Positions 39,401-45,774 are shown, counted from the first letter of the stretch. The stretch is 49,455 nucleotides of DNA from a virus (IMGVR_UViG_3300017722_002491:1-49455), one strand, 5' to 3'. The notes: generated by a model from the sequence alone, not told the origin. Program-made: numbers and translations.

Positions 39401-39796
39401 TGGCCGATGGTGGAAGCATTGAATCTTGGTGCATCAACCGCTCATATGTATGAGGACAACAACAGCGAAAGTCGGGCTGTTGCTGCCATTCAATCTTTTT
39501 TCAATTCACAAGGGTTGGAATTATTCAACAATCCGTATTCACAAGGCATAAAGCGGATTTCAATGATGATGGAAAATCCGGTAGTTGGTAGCGGCGATCT
39601 TTTGTTCAAAGGCAACATCCCGCAGTTCATTCGTGAGATTGCGAAGGGAACCAGCAAGATGCGCGATTTGTCGGAGAAGAAGAAGCTGGATTCCGCCTTC
39701 GATCACTTCAAAGATTCGTTCCCGTGGTTCCGCGATGAATATCTTGATGATGCGGGTGAGAAGAAGCCGCCAAAGCCAAAGAATTATTTTAAATAG
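30491..39796 (+). CDS. Giant polyvalent internal virion protein with zincin-like and ADP-ribosyltransferase-like domains
   Basis: 3101 aa; HEIFH...EEKFA zincin (33281-33440); FHKT..F..FD...GYDG...IKSA ART-PolyVal-like domain (~33990-34430); helical repeats; no Cys. Confidence 0.8.
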   Translation: MGSQITELPPIEDYEKAFSDNSESVDLPPLEDYEKAFSDTSSAPKAEPKDETILSGSLSGSTPIPAEPKPDPMADTSAGDYAQSLSDSLKQPANMADTAMQGYEDAPAYNMSGIGMPARFVPQGSVLRNDKMRQAALLDVKKARESLYLRMQEIGVADYPAPAGEELDRRITQQDKSGGDIFKNAQEQASIKRGLDSNYELKYGLQPRDLAAEAIADEKELAAARLQQSDNVSAIKDNESEIYAIEQQLKEPGISDDLKKSLNLKRGALVAADAQKTRNLESLYKSQEEQVPGSAEWMSKQREIDVEHEKLGANSALSGVLSFTSSLNKQILGIYDVASKALGHDVSQDNLHEWMLGQAMMQGTYANVNPTALADFARGVGGASALIIGPSKLGKIASITQMSVRAMAESYKTAKMQGASENEAAAIGGHTALDLAAFMVGGKALGGLMSKWIAPMANPVARGAGSLATQMAANSAMSASLRAVNGGEWMPTAGEFGADLAFAGHHAVADYSNSVKFVQQKKQMTTTRDAMFLSGLDKVNVNGESVHLATYSDIVKEGKRRFDELNQKDKLTPAEEAEKKRLAFIASDQFERKHIEDVARAAGIMPVEETTAKEFSADMEKHKALLRDKVLGPVITNEKGEQVRDKDRADATDKERRAYELLNDPNTTLAEKAAAFGQKLTDHDYGAETETAPESQAGMKQEPIDINIEPGRRYSNYGDINLEPIDGTNKPAAAAAPPAPAAPTAEPTAPTSPLHEAGASQRLSAIEVTTKTVTATGSSGGSTTFATEAEAAQHIAQQRAKNPNIVITVKGMDQVGLNKAEVAKAVERLNTQPAPAKPSSVGQPVPATAQPYSKEALQKTLNLTAEKAESLHIIVQAMGLDESRLTFDSTRSGVMLYQKGGDNKIDAQIYFENGKAVIEGFKSSNVSSGAHEIFHAARRQLFDRNIPAENREGITDEDVAIAEKWAGVKDGKWSVAAEEKFARGGERYLATGEAPSPELAAVFGKFKNWLLKIYKGISGSAIDIKISPEMKKVFDRLLTRSERLKGEGEKPAPVESKKPAPEKSDISEHQREIETAMKPDHLAILKSANEKLARGEPLTEIEQGMRDSVERQLLDKGDVLRQESPLTPEEKAKRDENDAAYAKAAEAGDTETAQRMVDEAANNEGLKILFHKTEGKFDEFDPSIGEGGTHLATTERQLDNLRGNKGKTMRLAVRIDNPIRINDGNYNSLRSLWIQAVDAGKLKAGNYIGSQQDILQRLRTEMRKKGYDGFVYENIHEGHGDSYISLEPSRIKSAETIVEKNGKVIPLSERFNQESTNILRQESPLTPAELRAQQESDSSGLNAEIVDSMKKDVVKAQAEKGGDIKTSRDKWVLSELKKKKGMSDAEYSDYKDKLNAAYDAEVSAQELPSIPKSESIKGQRDNIRGYVAIRLRNFEADNADLIEKSPDAAKAEWKKLIMREINESGAAKKLTSGQIEHAANEAWNLGRDTKGKRRASSDDAFPTEGTISEAIQSMGGISSKDKAPAGIAAAHLSKLYGGEGADSADLVASALKDRLPKGSLGTAEELWDAIKRESDSHLRMKAQASQAKAEYDTAVKFRKFVRENAIQDIPGLIPARISTDMIGAKVVVDGEPMEVTVNANGDFVLKSGKDFDGQGKFGTQRVEEGEYVYIERVLSMPGEGDGRATSATNNAVMKALAAIGAPDVELGPKVSDAEIWSRAKAELALNPRAADELVTRINSPKEPGSLVLSTHQQALLLYKHIQLQVEIEPVNAEWVEAMSVKEGTPLTAAMRERNEILSGKREDLQRRLFEFAKANAAIGSEAGRALRFRRVMADYSFSSSSVQAQMMENLGRPLTEDEIKDSIRLTGQLDGLNRQLEEHRGQIVERLVDAGARDAFDMMKTEMTLGGALGSIFKSGNKKALSGIFSAMRNEAQATFREWSAASKKRFNEIDSLAVELDLEAMPSNKLQQAETAWQRLARLEATDAAVAIASGASKEIWKQAMIKSHPDVYGRFSAKEANERLDQAWSDGPAALAEKIAENTKAKNKKKTVSDAEIENGKKQIEKTLVRKSKTAEQLAEEAPKKREAVLAGVEAAKAEGGELGDLKKAVRKIAETFIEEGERDYDTLIRRTTQEIQKYFPEAVDHDIKRLFSNYGDYKAATTDEIKVTKAHMKQQALVESQLYDILQKGRLPSRTGKARVLSPDVVRQAVIRRREEMRRLNLTADDPAQQMKDSLDVRKTYYRNRILDLAQEIKTKQKIIEQKTPARTDPELEKMKSDYAQLKAERDLIFKEGLTDEQRLARAMRVAEREWLNSRQKLSDARQQIFPPKQEKAPLPYNENLEKLKAETEAYRDEYRALRDLDPTIRREKAWKANLSMIERLQKTIADYRTGTEPPKAEKEKLTDPELKQQRKQIEQLRADLEDLKAPMKELERAKQVQDDIDALTDKIDTGNISMKKRPSRRESAEIEELKRQRTGLQNELNQMRRDKKGRSEAEYIKSLDNRIAEVLRKLADNDILKKTKTKFDSEEVKQREEILKELNNELQTLRDGPKAPLEELALKRRKAQLSRNLAELERRIAEGDIDPKPRKEPTPLDKEGEEMQKKIEVLRHQIVVMLEAKRIEGQTWLGRNVDKFVAYARWAKITGIAVLGKLSGAAAARLFLTNPTEIAAGKLLEASPFIGAGMKRLQMLSQRGRDVMSFTEYLRNFKKLWATTKSEIGNVVKYGKTSQEMAYGKRVYPPLLPKWMEYVAALHPLLKLPVFMNEFNRSFDSRMKDARLRGEDVTNDNVIDRIKNEATIDGLRSKFQNDNFLTKRFAMMSARRDTKGKSNIHAVGDAAIPRLMNFLFPVVSVPTNYFLEALTWGPLGLASGLTRTAGRPGWEALKGVFKKGGNAKEAWNEGWERVWAEMTPENADSIHRHLVRGSIGSALFLLGLAAKDYIGGFWTRKKKDEDEVEYGDIRIFGINFSHTFLHWPMVEALNLGASTAHMYEDNNSESRAVAAIQSFFNSQGLELFNNPYSQGIKRISMMMENPVVGSGDLLFKGNIPQFIREIAKGTSKMRDLSEKKKLDSAFDHFKDSFPWFRDEYLDDAGEKKPPKPKNYFK

Positions 39797-39851
39797 CAGG
39801 CTGAAATATCAACGCGCCTTAGTAATATACTTTAGTTTTTTTGCATTTTTC

Positions 39852-39884
39852 TATTGACGATATTTCCCGTCTATGGTTTAAGTT
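39852..39884 (+). promoter_or_regulatory. Putative promoter of the replication module
   Basis: TATTGACG after a T-rich tract, TGG-TTTAAG -10 region, ATG at 39894. Confidence 0.55.
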
Positions 39885-39893
39885 CTCCCCGCA

Positions 39894-40040
39894 ATGAAAC
39901 AACCCAAATCGAAACCCAAATCGGGCAAGACCATAAACATTGATGAGAATCTTCATCAGCGTATCCGAATAGCTGCCGCCCGGATGGGCGTTAAGCTAAA
40001 GGACTTCGTGGAGCTTGCTCTTAAAGCACTACTCAAATGA
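39894..40040 (+). CDS. Ribbon-helix-helix (Arc/CopG-like) regulator, 48 aa
   Basis: Below ORF cutoff: MKQPKSKPKSGKTINIDENLHQRIRIAAARMGVKLKDFVELALKALLK*; ATGA overlap with next gene. Confidence 0.8.
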   Translation: MKQPKSKPKSGKTINIDENLHQRIRIAAARMGVKLKDFVELALKALLK

Positions 40041-40318
40041 CTATTAACATCCAAACACTTGCCGCTACACCGCGCATGAATCTCGTCGTCACGAAGGCGG
40101 CGAAATATCTGCAAGAAACCAAGGAACCGTTTGAGGACGTAATCAACCACGTTATCAAGATGCTGCTCATCGAGGGCGGCAAACTTGAAGTCGAGAACAA
40201 CGGACTCAAGTCGCAAGTTGAGGCATTTAAATCCATCCTGCAATCGCTAGAGGATGGCGAGATGCTTCATTCCGACGACCCTGTTCCAGATATGCCATTC
40301 AACCCAAGTAGAAACTAA
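40037..40318 (+). CDS. Hypothetical protein
   Basis: 93 aa with a short coiled coil; translationally coupled. Confidence 0.65.
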   Translation: MTINIQTLAATPRMNLVVTKAAKYLQETKEPFEDVINHVIKMLLIEGGKLEVENNGLKSQVEAFKSILQSLEDGEMLHSDDPVPDMPFNPSRN

Positions 40319-40344
40319 CCAACAACAACCAAAACACAACAACC

Positions 40345-40929
40345 ATGAGTAACATTGTATTACGTAACGTCCGTCTATCGTTCCCGCATCTGTGGGAAGC
40401 CAAAGCTGCGCAAGGTGGCGGCACACCCAAGTTCAGCGCATCCTTGCTGCTGGACAAAGCAACCAACGCCAAGGACATTGCCGCAATCCGCGCTGCAATG
40501 ACCGAAGTGGGCAAAGCCAAATGGCCCGCTGGCATCCCGAAAGGCTGCATTCCATGCCTCAAGGAGGGCAACACGAAAGACTATGACGGCTACGACGAAT
40601 CCAATATGTTCGTCTCCGCTTCATCCGATAAACGCCCTATTATCGTGGACACCGATCCTACGGTTGCGCTGGTCGAAGCTGACGGAAAGCCCTATGCGGG
40701 CTGCATCGTCAACGCCTGTATTCGGCTATGGGCACAAGATAATCAGTTTGGCAAAAGGATAAATGCCCAACTTACGCACATCCAGTTTGTCGAGGATGGA
40801 GAGGCATTTGGGGATGCGCCCTTAAATGCGGTGGATGTGTTCGGCGCGGTAGCAGGAAAACCCTCTGCCAAGTCTGCCACTAAACCCGAAGCAACAGAAG
40901 CCGTTGCCGACGACGACATTTCTTGGTAG
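40345..40929 (+). CDS. ssb: Single-stranded DNA-binding protein (DUF2815 / T7 gp2.5-like)
   Basis: NVRLSFPHLW, KFSASLL, YAGC.VN, NQFGKRINAQL..IQFV.DGEAFG, acidic tail ending in an aromatic residue (DDDISW). Confidence 0.88.
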   Translation: MSNIVLRNVRLSFPHLWEAKAAQGGGTPKFSASLLLDKATNAKDIAAIRAAMTEVGKAKWPAGIPKGCIPCLKEGNTKDYDGYDESNMFVSASSDKRPIIVDTDPTVALVEADGKPYAGCIVNACIRLWAQDNQFGKRINAQLTHIQFVEDGEAFGDAPLNAVDVFGAVAGKPSAKSATKPEATEAVADDDISW

Positions 40930-41027
40930 AACTTTAGCGGGGTTGTTCCCGCTGAACGGATAAACGCAATTCGTGTGTTCATAACAGCGTGACAGGCCGG
41001 AGAGACGGCCACTTACTTTTACATACT

Positions 41028-41822
41028 ATGCACATCACTAACGGAATCCATAAAGGTCTAGCAGACCCAACCTACCGCGCAATCGAAGGACTATCGCAAT
41101 CCGCGATGAAGTCTCTCATGCGCTCGCCGGGACACTTCAAACATCAGCAGGAGAACCCGCGCACCGGAACTCCCGCTATGATTATGGGACGTTTGTTCCA
41201 TCATCTCGCTTTAACCCCTGACGTTGCCCCGTGGTGGGCTATCAAGCCTGACGGCATGAGCTTCGCCACAAAGGAGGGTAAGGCATGGCGGGCAGAGCAG
41301 ACAGGGGAAATCGTGAGTCAGGATCAATGGGAACAGAGCAAAGGCATGGCTATGTCCGTGCGCCAGCATCCCGCTCTACCAACATACGAAGCAACCGAAG
41401 TCTCCGTGTTCGGGGAGATGGACGGGGTGAAGGTCAAGGCACGGCTGGATGCGCTGGCTGGTGACATATGGGATTTGAAGTCCACCGATGACGCGAGGCC
41501 GGAAGGATTCGGCAAAAGCATATTCACATACGGCTACTACATCCAAGCCGCTTTCTACTTAGACTTGTATAACGAGTTTGCAACGAAAAAGGCTGAATCG
41601 TTCTACTTTGTAGCCGTGGAGAGCGAACCTCCGCACGGTTGCCGAATCTACCGTCTATCCGATGCTGCCGTGGAGCAGGGGCGCAACGAATACCGTCGCC
41701 TGTTGCAGGTGTTCAAGTTCTGCGCCTCGCATAATAGCTGGCCTATCTATGCCGACGAAGTATCTGAAATCGGGTTGCCGGGGTGGGCTGTAAAGAATCT
41801 CGACATCAATCCATTCGCATGA
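41028..41822 (+). CDS. PD-(D/E)XK exonuclease, RecE/ExoVIII-like (DUF3799)
   Basis: LSQS, G..FH, E-x-S, KARLD, DLKST, YYIQAAFY motifs. Confidence 0.88.
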   Translation: MHITNGIHKGLADPTYRAIEGLSQSAMKSLMRSPGHFKHQQENPRTGTPAMIMGRLFHHLALTPDVAPWWAIKPDGMSFATKEGKAWRAEQTGEIVSQDQWEQSKGMAMSVRQHPALPTYEATEVSVFGEMDGVKVKARLDALAGDIWDLKSTDDARPEGFGKSIFTYGYYIQAAFYLDLYNEFATKKAESFYFVAVESEPPHGCRIYRLSDAAVEQGRNEYRRLLQVFKFCASHNSWPIYADEVSEIGLPGWAVKNLDINPFA

Positions 41823-41965
41823 ACAACCCTGACACCGATTGCCGCAAATGCAGTGCGCCCATGAACCTTGTCGCCACATCCAATTTCACGATTACAGGGT
41901 ATCTCTGTGAAAAGTGCGATCACTGGAACAACCTGACGCGCAGGAAGCCGAGGAAACAAAAATGA
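41819..41965 (+). CDS. Small zinc-ribbon protein
   Basis: CRKC...CEKC, 48 aa, ATGA overlap. Confidence 0.65.
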   Translation: MNNPDTDCRKCSAPMNLVATSNFTITGYLCEKCDHWNNLTRRKPRKQK

Positions 41966-42189
41966 CTGCTACACACCTAGACGGACTCGACAAGTGCGAC
42001 CTGCACAAGCGCACTCCATACGGCATCACAAATGTCCGCATGACGCAATTCAGTATTGCCCGCCACTACGGGGTAGTCACGTTCAACGGTGACACGTTCA
42101 TCTACTTCCCCGACACGGATGAGCTTGTCCGGGATGATGTTCTCAAGTGGAAGAAGAAATCACAGCAGAAGCCGAGGAAGCAGAAATAA
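41962..42189 (+). CDS. Hypothetical protein
   Basis: 75 aa, TQFSIARHYG...G..F.Y....DELVRDDV; coupled start. Confidence 0.7.
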   Translation: MTATHLDGLDKCDLHKRTPYGITNVRMTQFSIARHYGVVTFNGDTFIYFPDTDELVRDDVLKWKKKSQQKPRKQK

Positions 42190-42230
42190 ATGCAATCGCA
42201 ACTGTCTATCCCTGATTCAGTTAAAAACAA

Positions 42231-42284
42231 TGTTCAACTTTGTTCAACAATCCACTTGAACTCACGACAAATCTCACATACAAG
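42231..42284 (+). promoter_or_regulatory. Initiator-gene promoter overlapped by iteron copies
   Basis: TGTTCAA at 42231 and 42241; TTGAAC(42256)-17-TACAAG(42279), 7 nt before ATG 42292. Confidence 0.55.
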
Positions 42285-42291
42285 ACGCTCT

Positions 42292-43149
42292 ATGTTCGCC
42301 AAAGTTTTCTCTCAAATCTTCGATTCCTCCATAGCTGAAAGCCATACAGTCAGGCATATCTTTATGGACTTGCTGGTTCTGGCCGATGCAACGGGAGTAG
42401 TGGATATGACGATGCACGCTATATCCAGACGCATCAATGTTCCGCTGGAAGATGTTCGTGCGGCAATCGAGAAGCTGGCAAGCCCTGATCCGCTGTCGCG
42501 CTCGGAGCGAGAAGAAGGGCGCAGGATTGTCTTGATTGACTCACATCGGGATTGGGGCTGGCAGATTGTGAACTACGAGCATTACCGCAAAACACAGGAC
42601 GAAGATGCTCGCCGCTCTTATTTCCGAGATTACCGCAAGGCTGAAAGAGACAAGAAGCGTGCAACCCTGTTCAATGATGTTCAAGTCGGTTCAACCGTGT
42701 TCAATAAAGTCACACAGGAAGAAGGAGATGTAGAGGTAGAGGAAGAAGAACAAGAAAAGAAGAAGTCGGCTACGCCTCCTGCAACTCGCAAGCCCGCTAT
42801 GCTTCTTGATGCAGATTGGATTACTGGACTGCAACGGATGGATGCTTATCGCGGCATCAACATTCCCGCTGAACTGCAAAAGGCTCAAGTTTGGTGTGAA
42901 GCGAAGCGTCGTAAATGCTCCCGTCCTTTCTTTGTGAATTGGATCAATCGTGCGTGCGCGGATCGCGCAGTTGTCGCGTCTCCTGCTATCAAGCCTCAGA
43001 AATCCCGTGGTCAATGTATCGGTGAAGCGGGACAACGCTATGCCCTGTTGGAGAATTACAACGATTGGCCGAAACGCGCTGACGGCAGCAACCAGACACC
43101 CGATGAAGTTGGGGATGCCGATTGGAAGAAACAACTACCTGCGCTATGA
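42292..43149 (+). CDS. Replication initiator protein (lambda O-like organisation)
   Basis: N-terminal wHTH-type MFAKVFSQIFDSSI...W.IVNY.HYR, low-complexity linker, C-terminal F..NW..RA domain; upstream of DnaB. Confidence 0.75.
   Translation: MFAKVFSQIFDSSIAESHTVRHIFMDLLVLADATGVVDMTMHAISRRINVPLEDVRAAIEKLASPDPLSRSEREEGRRIVLIDSHRDWGWQIVNYEHYRKTQDEDARRSYFRDYRKAERDKKRATLFNDVQVGSTVFNKVTQEEGDVEVEEEEQEKKKSATPPATRKPAMLLDADWITGLQRMDAYRGINIPAELQKAQVWCEAKRRKCSRPFFVNWINRACADRAVVASPAIKPQKSRGQCIGEAGQRYALLENYNDWPKRADGSNQTPDEVGDADWKKQLPAL
42668..42704 (+). repeat. Iteron-like array, putative replication origin
   Basis: (T/G)GTTCAA x4 at an exact 10-bp period (42668, 42678, 42688, 42698), followed by a purine-rich tract. 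Confidence 0.7.
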
Positions 43150-43481
43150 ACGCTCAACCCGAACTCGACTTTTCCGGCCCCGCGCTGCGCGATGCAGCGG
43201 CAAGAAGGACAGACCCAACAACATCGCATGAAGCTGCTGCTTCGATAGAGGGAACTGAGGCAACGCGCTTGCAGGGTATCGTGCTTGATGCGCTGAAACA
43301 CAACCCTATGGGGCTTACGAATCATGGGCTAGTGCGTGTCACTGGCTTGGCTTGGAACACCGTGTCCCCTCGCATCCGACCCTTGGTGCGAAAGGGTCTT
43401 GTATGCGACACCGGAAGGCGTGAGCGCGAAGCCGCTGGACGCAGATGTATCGTTTGGGCGTTAACCGAAGGAGAGCTATGA
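43146..43481 (+). CDS. Winged-helix DNA-binding protein
   Basis: ARRTDPTTSHEAA N-terminus, GLT..L......TVSPR...L..KGLV.DTG.R wHTH. Confidence 0.75.
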   Translation: MNAQPELDFSGPALRDAAARRTDPTTSHEAAASIEGTEATRLQGIVLDALKHNPMGLTNHGLVRVTGLAWNTVSPRIRPLVRKGLVCDTGRREREAAGRRCIVWALTEGEL

Positions 43482-44779
43482 GCGAACAGACCTACCTACC
43501 CGACATCCACCGGATGCTCCCTCAATCCGAAGAAGCCGAAAAAGGGGTGCTGTCGTGCTTTGTTCTTAGCCCAAACGAGGTAGGGGCTATTTGCTCCAAG
43601 ATGGGCATTGACGCGAAGCACTTCCTGATTCCCGCTCACTCCCTGTTGTTTCGAGCGGCAACCGCGCTATGGAAAGCAGGGAAACCCCTAGACTTCATCA
43701 CCTTGACGCAGTTCCTACGGGACAAGGGCAAGCTGGATCAAGTGGGTGGGGCTGCTGCCGTTTCTTCCCTGTTCACGTTTCTGCCGACAGCGGCTAACGC
43801 TGAATACTATCTCGGACTTCTCACAGAAAAGGCGATTGCTCGCGCTTTGATTCACATCGGGACAAAGTATGCGTCCAAAGCCTATGACGAGCAGGGCGGG
43901 GTTAATGCGCTCGCGGCTGAACTGCACCGTGAAGTCTGTGAACTGCTAGGGCAGGGGCGGATCAAGGATCAGCCTATCAAGGAAGTGCTGAAAGAAATCC
44001 TGCAAGAGATAGCCAGTGGTAAGGAGGATGAAAGCAATCTGCCGACCTACATCCCGGCACTCGATTCCAACCTAAAGCTCTATCGCTCTGACTTTGTAGC
44101 TATCAAGGGCGGCACGGGTAGCGGTAAATCCTCTCTCGGTTCACAGATTATCGTGGAGACGGCTATCAGGGGTAGCAACAACCTGTTCTTTCCCCTGGAA
44201 ATGTCAGCGAAGCAATGCCTTAAAAGGGCTATCGCGGGCATCTCCGGTCACAATATGGAGGCTGCACGGTTCCAGATGAAGGTTGCTCTCAGAACGGGCG
44301 ATATGTCAGGCACGCAGGAGATGCAGAGGGATGTAGCCAATGCCGTGCAGCAGCTTGTATCGAGCAACCTACGGATGCCGAAGTCGTGCAGGACGCTCAA
44401 CTCGATTATCGGGGAGTGCCGTAGCGCGAATGCGGAGAAGCAGCTTGATTATGTCCTCATAGACTACATCCAGTTGCTACATATCGAGGGCACATTCGGG
44501 ACTCGCCAACTGTCCATCGGTCACGCGACTCAGACATTGAAGCGGCTGGCTGACGAACTCAAGTGCATCATCATCACCCCGTCACAGGTGAACAAGGATG
44601 GGGTATCGCGGGAAGCAGCGGACATCGAGAACGACGCTAACTCTGTAATCGCCATTGACTACAACAAGGAGGACGGGGAGCGCAAGGTGCGCGTGGAGAA
44701 GCAGCGCGAGGGTGCATCGGGTATCGAGATACCGCTGGAATGGAATGGGCCTTTAACCAAGTTTGAACCTATAAAATAA
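43478..44779 (+). CDS. dnaB: Replicative DNA helicase, DnaB family
   Basis: PQSEEAEKGVL N-domain, Walker A GGTGSGKS, LEMS, IDYIQLL, SQVN, IENDAN, KQREG. Confidence 0.92.
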   Translation: MSEQTYLPDIHRMLPQSEEAEKGVLSCFVLSPNEVGAICSKMGIDAKHFLIPAHSLLFRAATALWKAGKPLDFITLTQFLRDKGKLDQVGGAAAVSSLFTFLPTAANAEYYLGLLTEKAIARALIHIGTKYASKAYDEQGGVNALAAELHREVCELLGQGRIKDQPIKEVLKEILQEIASGKEDESNLPTYIPALDSNLKLYRSDFVAIKGGTGSGKSSLGSQIIVETAIRGSNNLFFPLEMSAKQCLKRAIAGISGHNMEAARFQMKVALRTGDMSGTQEMQRDVANAVQQLVSSNLRMPKSCRTLNSIIGECRSANAEKQLDYVLIDYIQLLHIEGTFGTRQLSIGHATQTLKRLADELKCIIITPSQVNKDGVSREAADIENDANSVIAIDYNKEDGERKVRVEKQREGASGIEIPLEWNGPLTKFEPIK

Positions 44780-45063
44780 TGAAAACATACATCATAGATT
44801 GGGGTGCTGGATGCACCGCAGGCGGAAGATACGCGCTGATACAGGCTAAATCACTAGATCATGCAATAGTGGATGCAGATCAAGTTGGTTGGCCGTTCAC
44901 GATTGCGGAACTCAAGATTCCAGTGGACGAAGGAATCCGATACATGGAAATAGATAAACCGAAAAAGCACTATCAGGGCGCGAAACTTTCGGACATCAAA
45001 ATGCAGAAAGCCGATTCTTGGATTAAAGATAAACCCGCGCATTATGGACAGGGAAACAATTAA
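44779..45063 (+). CDS. Hypothetical protein
   Basis: 94 aa, TAATG coupling to dnaB. Confidence 0.6.
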   Translation: MKTYIIDWGAGCTAGGRYALIQAKSLDHAIVDADQVGWPFTIAELKIPVDEGIRYMEIDKPKKHYQGAKLSDIKMQKADSWIKDKPAHYGQGNN

Positions 45064-45421
45064 ACGCCTATTCCCGAATGCCTCTGCATCCCTGATACAA
45101 GCCAACCTACAAGACTATGGACAAGCTCACGTTGAAAATCCCCGGACGACTCCCGTTGTGGAATCAAATACTTGCGATGCACCACTGGAAACGAAAGAAG
45201 TTCAAGGACGCGCAGATGGACGATTTCTTGTCCGCGTTATCAGTTGCCGCAAGCGACTTGCAGATGAGGACGGGCTGTGCGAAAAATATGTTTTGGATTG
45301 CTGCCGATACGCTGGCCTCATTCCAGACGACGCGCCGGGCATCTGCAAAGTCGAAACGAGCCAAAGGAAAACCGCGAAAGGCGAAGCGGAGCATACGATC
45401 ATCGAAATAACACGACCATGA
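45044..45421 (+). CDS. RusA-like Holliday junction resolvase (catalytic C-terminal part)
   Basis: R-x-R-x-x-D-x-D...K...D...AG-x-I-x-DD acidic motifs. Confidence 0.6.
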   Translation: MDRETIKRLFPNASASLIQANLQDYGQAHVENPRTTPVVESNTCDAPLETKEVQGRADGRFLVRVISCRKRLADEDGLCEKYVLDCCRYAGLIPDDAPGICKVETSQRKTAKGEAEHTIIEITRP

Positions 45422-45648
45422 GCAACAACGAACTATTCACCCTACCCCCGTCACAACCGTCACCCCTGCAATCCGCTCGCCGCGCATTGGCTGATGCTGA
45501 ACGGGATTACAAGGCTGCGCTGGAACGCTGTAACGGGGATGACGCTGAACTCACATCACACGAACGCGCTGTAAATCGCTACACGGAACTCGTTAAAGCC
45601 GAAGAACTTAAAGAACTTAATAACCGCGCTGTGCATACTCGCCTTTGA
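45418..45648 (+). CDS. Hypothetical helical protein
   Basis: MSNNELFTLP..., 76 aa, ATGA overlap. Confidence 0.6.
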   Translation: MSNNELFTLPPSQPSPLQSARRALADAERDYKAALERCNGDDAELTSHERAVNRYTELVKAEELKELNNRAVHTRL

Positions 45649-45774
45649 TATGTCTCTCAATAGGCATCTGTGTCCCTGTGAAAAGAGTCCGCAGATGAAT
45701 AATGGTGGTAAAGTTAGTATCAAGGAAGATACGGTGATTGCCGTTTCTTGCGCGGTTATTATTCCCTTCAACCG

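Noticed and set aside
42190-42291. N-terminal extension of the initiator ORF from ATG 42190
   Set aside because: The region holds the promoter and iteron copies; the recognisable domain starts at ATG 42292.
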